This document shows, piece after piece, positions 58,431 to 63,702 of a stretch of DNA of 64,000 bases. The notes under the pieces were generated by a model. It was not told the DNA's origin. It did not search any database and worked only from the letters and a program-made list of their open reading frames with translations. The stretch's first letter is position 1; the number at the start of each line of letters is the position of its first letter. The translations under genes were made by a program, and so were the position numbers. Source of the stretch: a virus (Duplodnaviria; Caudoviricetes); IMG/VR virus record IMGVR_UViG_3300044733_004704, positions 67,023 through 131,022 of that record. The stretch is one strand, 5' to 3'.

Positions 58431-58486
58431 TGGGGGTTGATGCGGCGACAAAGTTTGGTAGGATTATAGAAAAGAAAAGGAAAGAG

Positions 58487-58585
58487 ATGTACAAGGATTT
58501 TCTTAGCAATCTGATTGTTTGTTTTCTGCTGTTTTGTTGGGCATATTTGTTCGTTCTGGTTCCCGCGTACTTTTTCTTTGGATAA
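58487..58585 (+). CDS. 32-aa membrane peptide
   Basis: MYKDFLSNLIVCFLLFCWAYLFVLVPAYFFFG, AAGGA RBS. Confidence 0.5.
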   Translation: MYKDFLSNLIVCFLLFCWAYLFVLVPAYFFFG

Positions 58586-58591
58586 AATAAT

Positions 58592-58780
58592 ATGAATAGC
58601 CTCGATAAAATTCTGTCTGCTATGCGAACTGGCAAGTATGGTAGCGTGGTGGATACTAAGGGTAAGATTCATGTTGGCATTATCAATTCACTATTGCGTG
58701 AAGATGGCAGTAATAAAAATTGGATTGTAACGGTGAGCAACCGTACAGTTACTGAACAAGTGTTCATTCATGCTAGTTAG
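58592..58780 (+). CDS. small beta-rich hypothetical protein
   Basis: 62-aa ORF ending 11 bp before element C. Confidence 0.6.
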   Translation: MNSLDKILSAMRTGKYGSVVDTKGKIHVGIINSLLREDGSNKNWIVTVSNRTVTEQVFIHAS

Positions 58781-58791
58781 GATTGTCTCGA

Positions 58792-58873
58792 CGTAAAGTC
58801 TTGAACCGTAAGGACTTATGGCGAGGCCGGGCAGCCCCCGGCGACGTAACTCCATATGGGACAAGCACTTACG
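58792..58873. repeat. 82-bp double-palindrome element C
   Basis: CGTAAAGTCTT GAACCGT AAGGACTTATG N24 CGTAACTCCAT ATGGGAC AAGCACTTACG. Confidence 0.92.
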
Positions 58874-58987
58874 ACGAGTAGCAGAGCAAACGCTGTGCCG
58901 CAAAAAATAATCTTTTTTCTAAGATTTTCTGCTTGACAGTGCCGATGATTAGTGTAGAATCCACGCATCACCCCAAGGGACTTTACA

Positions 58988-59164
58988 ATGTACGATTTCG
59001 AGGACATCAACGCGATTCTTGCTGATATGGCCGACGAGGGTATTCTGGAACCGATGGTCGAGCCGATTGATGAGAACGACTGCCACCCCCTCGACTGGGC
59101 GGAAGTGGTCGGTTGTGCGGACGATATTTTTGAAGAGATTTATCTTGACACGATGGGCTACTAG
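58988..59164 (+). CDS. 58-aa highly acidic protein
   Basis: MYDFEDINAILADMADEG...; no Lys/Arg; promoter TTGACA-N16-TAGAAT at 58933-58960, AAGGGA RBS. Confidence 0.65.
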   Translation: MYDFEDINAILADMADEGILEPMVEPIDENDCHPLDWAEVVGCADDIFEEIYLDTMGY

Positions 59165-59192
59165 TGGTATCTTAGTTGATAAGGAGAAAGTC

Positions 59193-59336
59193 ATGTATCA
59201 GACCATGTGGAAGATGTATCAGACCGGACAGATCACCGAGAGGAAGTGGCTGGTGTTCTGCGATTGGTACATGTGGAACTGTATCATGGTTCGGCCTGAG
59301 ATTGTTGAGATGATGGTTCGGATGAAGTATAACTGA
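59193..59336 (+). CDS. 47-aa hypothetical protein
   Basis: AAGGAG RBS; promoter TTGACA-N17-TATCTT at 59145-59173. Confidence 0.6.
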   Translation: MYQTMWKMYQTGQITERKWLVFCDWYMWNCIMVRPEIVEMMVRMKYN

Positions 59337-59348
59337 AAGGTAAAAGTC

Positions 59349-59621
59349 ATGAGTCACCCCGATCCACTGTATGATCCCGATAACTCTGAGGATGATGATA
59401 TGAATTATGATGATCACGACGATTTCTATCAAGAGGTCGAAGATTACAACGATTATTATATCGAAGAAAATAGCGTGGACGATGATGACGACTACGATGA
59501 TAGCATGGACGGCGACCATGATAGTGCCATGACTTCAGCCGGTTGGGGAACCGATGAGGATTATGGATCGTATCACGATGATATTGACGCTTATCACGAT
59601 TACTACGGGGAGGATTTCTGA
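59349..59621 (+). CDS. extremely acidic Asp/Tyr-rich protein
   Basis: About 40% Asp+Glu and no Lys/Arg by manual count. Confidence 0.7.
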   Translation: MSHPDPLYDPDNSEDDDMNYDDHDDFYQEVEDYNDYYIEENSVDDDDDYDDSMDGDHDSAMTSAGWGTDEDYGSYHDDIDAYHDYYGEDF

Positions 59622-59623
59622 AC

Positions 59624-59830
59624 ATGATCAATTACATGTGCGATAACATCACGGTTGACAACGATTCGGAAGATGGTATTTTTCTTGGAAACAAGATGGT
59701 TGTAATTTCTGTTCCAGCATGTACTAGTGCTGATCCTTTGGACAGGTATGACCACCTTGTGGCAATATCCGGAGCGTTGGAAAATGCTCTGGACTGCGGT
59801 GTACGCTCGTTCAGTTACAACAAACTTTGA
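59624..59830 (+). CDS. hypothetical protein
   Basis: GGAGG RBS; stop codon abuts element D. Confidence 0.55.
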   Translation: MINYMCDNITVDNDSEDGIFLGNKMVVISVPACTSADPLDRYDHLVAISGALENALDCGVRSFSYNKL

Positions 59831-59912
59831 CGCAAACCCTTGCTGCGTAAGGACTTACGACGCGGCGGGCGGGCCGATTTTGACGTAAGTCTTTATGCAC
59901 CAAGGACTTAGG
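59831..59912. repeat. 82-bp double-palindrome element D
   Basis: CGCAAACCCTT GCTGCGT AAGGACTTACG N24 CGTAAGTCTTT ATGCACC AAGGACTTAGG. Confidence 0.92.
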
Positions 59913-60003
59913 GCTAAAAAATAATTTTCGGATTTTTTGCTTGACAACCTAAAGTTCTTTTGATAGAATGCCGATAATAGAAGTAGAAGCAGAGGACAGA
60001 GCG

Positions 60004-60204
60004 ATGTTCATCATAATGAAAAGTTCACGGGCATATGAGGGTGCTACTCCCGCTAATGCTTACAGACAGCCCGAAACGTGTGCTTGTGCTGGTGTTGAGC
60101 CGGGCAAGGTGTACACTAGTAGGGAGTCTGCCAAGGTCGATGCCGACAAGTTGAGCGTATGCAATTCTGTCGGTTTTGTTGTTGTTGCTTGTTGTATGGA
60201 TTAA
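60004..60204 (+). CDS. hypothetical protein
   Basis: GAGGA RBS; promoter TTGACA-N17-TAGAAT at 59941-59969. Confidence 0.6.
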   Translation: MFIIMKSSRAYEGATPANAYRQPETCACAGVEPGKVYTSRESAKVDADKLSVCNSVGFVVVACCMD

Positions 60205-60304
60205 AGAGGAATCGGATGAAGTATAACTAAAGGAAAGATTTAACGATGAGAATCATTATAGATAATGGCCTTACTTATGAATGTTCTGAGTATCGCCCCA
60301 TCGC

Positions 60305-60386
60305 TCTAAGTTCTTGCTACCAAAGGACTTAGGGCGAGATGGGCGGGCCAATTTTGACGTAACTCCTTATGGATCAAGCACTTAGA
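60305..60386. repeat. 82-bp double-palindrome element E
   Basis: TCTAAGTTCTT GCTACCA AAGGACTTAGG N24 CGTAACTCCTT ATGGATC AAGCACTTAGA. Confidence 0.92.
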
Positions 60387-60438
60387 AAACATTACAGTTT
60401 TTCTTGACAAGTGTCGATAAGTATGGTATTCTAACATC

Positions 60439-60609
60439 ATGAGCAAGCGAAAAAAGAGTATCGTTGTGCAACTGAATGTGCGTCCGTTGTGGGCTATCGG
60501 CACGGGTCATCACGACCACAAGAGCGGAAGCGGACAGCACGACAATCGACCAAAGCGACTTCGCACTCGCGGAGCCAAGAATCGACAGGCCGTGAGGGAT
60601 GGTTGGTAG
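60439..60609 (+). CDS. 56-aa basic protein, probably leaderless
   Basis: MSKRKKS...GSGQHDNRPKRLRTRG; ATG 6 nt after the -10 of TTGACA-N17-TATTCT (60404-60432). Confidence 0.6.
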   Translation: MSKRKKSIVVQLNVRPLWAIGTGHHDHKSGSGQHDNRPKRLRTRGAKNRQAVRDGW

Positions 60610-60716
60610 TCCTACCTAATCCTACGGATTTGGATTGTGTGGATGTAGTCAGCCAAAAAATAGATCTCTTGACAAAATAGATTTCTCGACTAAAATATCG
60701 TTCAAAGGAGAAAACG

Positions 60717-61178
60717 ATGCTTACTCTTCGACATTTTCGTAAGATCGAGAAGGAAATCAAGGGACTGAAAAAGTGCCAAAGTATTTATAGCCGGAAAAAG
60801 AATGCTCTGTGCTATAAACTTTCTAAGATGGGTACTCAGCACAGGGCCAACGCTATTGAGCGTATGATTCGTGATTATTTAATCACTATGGGTAATAGGG
60901 TTGATTATTTTGGTGGTAATCATTCTTATGATATGGTTGTAAATGGAAAAAAGGTAGAAGTAAAGTCCTCCCTTGCACAACCCATATCTGGTAAAAAGTA
61001 TCGTTATAGGTTTCAAAATATCAAAAGTGGTTATTTTCACGAAATTATTTTAGTATTTGTTACCCCAAAGGGTATCAAGATCAAACGCATGAATAAAAAT
61101 CGTTTGGAAAATCAAATCAGATATGCTAAGTGTTATTCAAATGGTAAGACTTTAGAGTTAAAAGAACTAGCGGCCTAA
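60717..61178 (+). CDS. PD-(D/E)xK nuclease-like protein
   Basis: E...YDMVVNGKKVEVKSS motif; own promoter at 60669-60696; AAGGAG RBS. Confidence 0.65.
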   Translation: MLTLRHFRKIEKEIKGLKKCQSIYSRKKNALCYKLSKMGTQHRANAIERMIRDYLITMGNRVDYFGGNHSYDMVVNGKKVEVKSSLAQPISGKKYRYRFQNIKSGYFHEIILVFVTPKGIKIKRMNKNRLENQIRYAKCYSNGKTLELKELAA

Positions 61179-61239
61179 AGTTTTGGCTCTTGACAAACGA
61201 TAAAAACAATGTAGAATTGTGCAGAACAAGGAGGTTCTC

Positions 61240-61311
61240 ATGGATGGGGCAATTGTGCTTATTGTGGTGGTTATGATTATTGGTCTAATTGTGGAGATAT
61301 TGTGGAAATGA
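61240..61311 (+). CDS. 23-aa membrane peptide
   Basis: AAGGAGG RBS; MDGAIVLIVVVMIIGLIVEILWK; promoter at 61190-61217. Confidence 0.55.
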   Translation: MDGAIVLIVVVMIIGLIVEILWK

Positions 61312-61388
61312 TTAGTAGTTTTCATGCTTTTGTAATTATCTCTTGTGCTTTTATCATGTATTTTGCCATTATGACCGATAGTTTATAA
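61308..61388 (+). CDS. 26-aa membrane peptide
   Basis: ATGA overlap; MISSFHAFVIISCAFIMYFAIMTDSL; stop in arm 1 of element F. Confidence 0.45.
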   Translation: MISSFHAFVIISCAFIMYFAIMTDSL

Positions 61389-61465
61389 ATCCTTGTCCTG
61401 TAAGGACTTAGATCAAAACGGCGCGGCCCGGCTCGACGTAAGTGCTTGATTCTCAACAACTTGCA
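61384..61465. repeat. 82-bp double-palindrome element F
   Basis: TATAAATCCTT GTCCTGT AAGGACTTAGA N24 CGTAAGTGCTT GATTCTC AACAACTTGCA. Confidence 0.9.
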
Positions 61466-61543
61466 TCAAAAAAATTTTTCTAAAGATTACCTCTTGCGTT
61501 GGCCGATAAATATGGTATGCTTGAGACTCACCAACGGAGAAAG

Positions 61544-61855
61544 ATGATGACTCATTCTGAAGCGGTTAGGATGGTTCGTGGCAAGCGGAATGCGGAGCGT
61601 CGCAAGGTTGGCAACAATACCTACGCGGAGATTCTGAGCGATGGTAGCGTTGGAATCATGCTGCATAGTACCTATGTGGTCAAGATTCATGAGGATGGTA
61701 CTTATACCCTGAATAGTGGGGGTTGGCAAACCTTGACCACTAAGGATCGTATCAATCAGTATAGCCCGCGTTATGTTTTCCAGAAGAATTATGAATGGTT
61801 CGTGAAAATCAACGACAAGCCGTATCCGTTTATCGACGGGATGGTGGTGAGTTGA
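61544..61855 (+). CDS. hypothetical phage protein
   Basis: GGAGA RBS; TLNSGGWQTLTTKDRINQY; promoter at 61494-61521. Confidence 0.65.
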   Translation: MMTHSEAVRMVRGKRNAERRKVGNNTYAEILSDGSVGIMLHSTYVVKIHEDGTYTLNSGGWQTLTTKDRINQYSPRYVFQKNYEWFVKINDKPYPFIDGMVVS

Positions 61856-62049
61856 AAAATATCAACCAGATTTTGAAAGGATTGGGAAAACTTGGTTTTA
61901 GGGTAGAGTTTTGTGATGGTAGTTTGGTCAAGTTATATCCGGCAGATTCTAGCCAGCCTTTTTATTCATTACATGTGGGAGAACGTGCGATTCACCCGCT
62001 AAAGAGGTTTGCCAAGAAAAACTGGAATATCGAACTTGACAAGGTGTGA
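61852..62049 (+). CDS. HicA-like fold protein
   Basis: TTG start overlapping the previous stop; INQILKGLGKLGF....DGSLVKLYP...LH pattern. Confidence 0.45.
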   Translation: MKNINQILKGLGKLGFRVEFCDGSLVKLYPADSSQPFYSLHVGERAIHPLKRFAKKNWNIELDKV

Positions 62050-62096
62050 GATGATGGTATACTTGTGACATAAGGTAACTAACTGAAAGGAAAAAG

Positions 62097-62504
62097 ATGA
62101 ACGATTTTATTGCTGCTGCTCTGGTTTCTACGATTTGTCTGGTTGGTCTGGTCTGCTTTGTGTTGTTTCATATCTATCGTGGATTGAATGATTCGCTGAT
62201 TACTGCTAGGATCGGTAGTGTTTATAACTTTGAGTATGAACAGCCGGTTACTGGTGATCCTGAGCGTTTTATGGCTAAGGTACTTAGTGTGCATCGTCTT
62301 AGCAATGATAGTATCGCTAGGCTGAATGCTACTAGCCGTTATCGAAGACACGATGGACAGTTTGTGCGTACTCATCATCTGGTGACCGCTCAAACGCCGG
62401 ATGGTAAGATTCGCAATTTCTACGCCGAACGTACTCGCAATGTGCGTCGCCCCCTTTTGGGTGGTACGCTCTTCAAGAGTGGTTTGGCCGCTATGATGTT
62501 CTGA
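62097..62504 (+). CDS. membrane-anchored WYL/SH3-like protein
   Basis: N-term TM helix; YNFEYEQP..G..ER...LVTA...GKIRNFYAERTRNV; promoter at 62036-62063. Confidence 0.55.
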   Translation: MNDFIAAALVSTICLVGLVCFVLFHIYRGLNDSLITARIGSVYNFEYEQPVTGDPERFMAKVLSVHRLSNDSIARLNATSRYRRHDGQFVRTHHLVTAQTPDGKIRNFYAERTRNVRRPLLGGTLFKSGLAAMMF

Positions 62505-62519
62505 GTATCGCCCCATCGC

Positions 62520-62601
62520 TCTAAGTTCTTGCTAGTAAAGGACTTAGGGCGAGATGGGCGGGCCGGCCGCGACGTAAGTGCTTATTCATCAACCACTTAG
62601 G
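62520..62601. repeat. 82-bp double-palindrome element G
   Basis: TCTAAGTTCTT GCTAGTA AAGGACTTAGG N24 CGTAAGTGCTT ATTCATC AACCACTTAGG. Confidence 0.92.
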
Positions 62602-62668
62602 ATTTTCTAAAGAAAACCTCTTGACAAGCCGATACTATCTAGTAGAATGACTCGAACAGGAGAAAATT

Positions 62669-62848
62669 ATGAGTTATACTTGGGCCGTTTGGCAAAATAA
62701 TCGTCTGGTGGGTTATGTCGAGTCGTCTAGTGAATGGAATGCTATTAGATTAGCCCATAGCAATTATGGGTCTTGTTTGTATGTGGAACGATGTTTGGTT
62801 GGTGTTGGTCCAAAAAATCTTAAAGAAAATGTCTTGACAGGCCGATAA
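62669..62848 (+). CDS. 59-aa hypothetical protein, paralog of 57104..57322
   Basis: AGGAG RBS; WAVWQNNRLVGYVESSSEWNA...YVER; promoter at 62621-62648. Confidence 0.6.
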   Translation: MSYTWAVWQNNRLVGYVESSSEWNAIRLAHSNYGSCLYVERCLVGVGPKNLKENVLTGR

Positions 62849-62861
62849 TAGAGTGTAGAAT
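62834..62861 (+). promoter_or_regulatory. sigma70-type promoter driving the ncRNA array
   Basis: TTGACA-N16-TAGAAT with no RBS/ORF downstream. Confidence 0.75.
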
Positions 62862-62893
62862 ACGAGAGTTCGAAGCGATCATTGACAATACAA

Positions 62894-63040
62894 TAGGGAC
62901 TGCTAGGTTGCGTGAGCAACTTCCCCAAAGCCCAACTGCCTGCTACGGTGGGAAGAGGCGGGCAGTGAAGTAGATGGTCAAGTGGCGGGTCGAGGTGGTA
63001 GCACACTGTTGACAACCCAAAATGAATCCATCCGTCCCTA
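62894..63040 (+). ncRNA. structured tRNA-like RNA, unit 1
   Basis: Closing stem TAGGGAC/GTCCCTA; GTTGC-GTGA-GCAAC; ACTGCCTGC/GCGGGCAGT; GATGG/CCATC. Confidence 0.6.
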
Positions 63041-63042
63041 AA

Positions 63043-63145
63043 TAATGCGTAGGTTAAGCGTTGAGCAGCCAGCGGTGGCGGGAGTACTACCAACACCGTC
63101 CGCTAGACCACCAGAGGGAAGTGCGGGTAAAATCCCGTCGCATTA
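63043..63145 (+). ncRNA. structured tRNA-like RNA, unit 2
   Basis: Acceptor-like TAATGCG/CGCATTA, D-like GGTT/AGCC, AGCGG/CCGCT arm, T-like GCGGG-TAAAAT-CCCGT. Confidence 0.65.
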
Positions 63146-63154
63146 AAAACTTTC

Positions 63155-63288
63155 GTGGGTCCATGCCTTGGACTAGATTAGGATAAGCCATTACGATAAA
63201 CCTACGGCTGTTACGCAGCGTGGGGTTGCCAGCGGGCTTATACGTTGGATAGTAATGCTAATCTATGGGGGATCGCGTCCTCACCATG
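63155..63288 (+). ncRNA. structured four-way-junction RNA, unit 3
   Basis: GTGGG/CCCAT, TCC/GGA, TAGATTAG/CTAATCTA enclosing ATAAGCC/GGCTTAT, TGGGGG/TCCTCA. Confidence 0.6.
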
Positions 63289-63301
63289 AGCAATACAATA
63301 T

Positions 63302-63445
63302 GGGGTTATAAGGTAGTTCCCAAAAGGTTCTGATCAAACTTTTTGATAAATATACCGAATAGATACGTGAACCTATTAGCATATGAACCATGGTTTTAGT
63401 GTGCTAATAATGTAACGGCGGGTTTGAATCCCGATAACCTCTCCA
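63302..63445 (+). ncRNA. enlarged tRNA-like RNA with 3' CCA, unit 4
   Basis: GGGGTTA/TAACCTC-T-CCA, GGTA/TACC D-like stem, AATAG/CTATT arm, AGCATAT/GTGTGCT variable arm, CGGG-TTTGAAT-CCCG T arm. Confidence 0.7.
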
Positions 63446-63451
63446 TTACAA

Positions 63452-63505
63452 TAGATAGGCGGAGTAACTGAGGCGCTCCATCGTATGTGTGTCCCGGCCT
63501 GTCTA
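63452..63505 (+). ncRNA. structured RNA, unit 5
   Basis: TAGATAGGC/GCCTGTCTA closing stem, GGAGT/GCTCC inner stem. Confidence 0.5.
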
Positions 63506-63512
63506 CAATACA

Positions 63513-63594
63513 ACCAGTAACCGTTCCCAAGAGCCAGACGATATGAGTCATGAACATATCTAGGGAGGATTTCCGTGGACGGTTTCTTACTGGT
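63513..63594 (+). ncRNA. structured RNA, unit 6
   Basis: ACCAGTAA/TTACTGGT, CCGTTC/GGACGG, GATATG/CATATC. Confidence 0.5.
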
Positions 63595-63607
63595 CCGTAA
63601 CAGGGCT

Positions 63608-63652
63608 ACCAGTAAGGCTAGAATCGGGGCGTAAAAGATTCGCTGGTTTTTT
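63608..63652 (+). terminator. terminator-like hairpin closing the ncRNA array
   Basis: ACCAGT..GAATC/GATTC-GCTGGT followed by a T run. Confidence 0.45.
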
Positions 63653-63702
63653 CCTATTGACTTGACGATAACTAAGAGTATAATGGTGGAAAAGGAGATA
63701 AA

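Noticed and set aside
56636-60503. Minus-strand ORFs with similar peptides (CLNHKELRQ, SLSHKHLRQ, CLSHMELRR, CLIHKELRQ)
   Set aside because: They are translations of the 82-bp element antisense to real plus-strand genes, not a protein family.
56821-62601. 82-bp elements as a CRISPR array
   Set aside because: Copies are degenerate and separated by 0.4-1.1 kb of genes; no cas genes in the window.
62764-63096. 110-aa minus-strand ORF over the RNA array
   Set aside because: No RBS, atypical composition, antisense to a strong promoter and to the structured units.
63302-63445. Canonical tRNA or tmRNA call
   Set aside because: Too long for a tRNA with a 10-nt anticodon loop; too short for tmRNA and lacks its alanine identity elements and tag ORF.
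63452-63594. Twister, hammerhead or HDV-like ribozyme
   Set aside because: Only fragments (TAA, TCCCAAG, CTGAG) resemble the consensus; the required order and pairings could not be built by eye.
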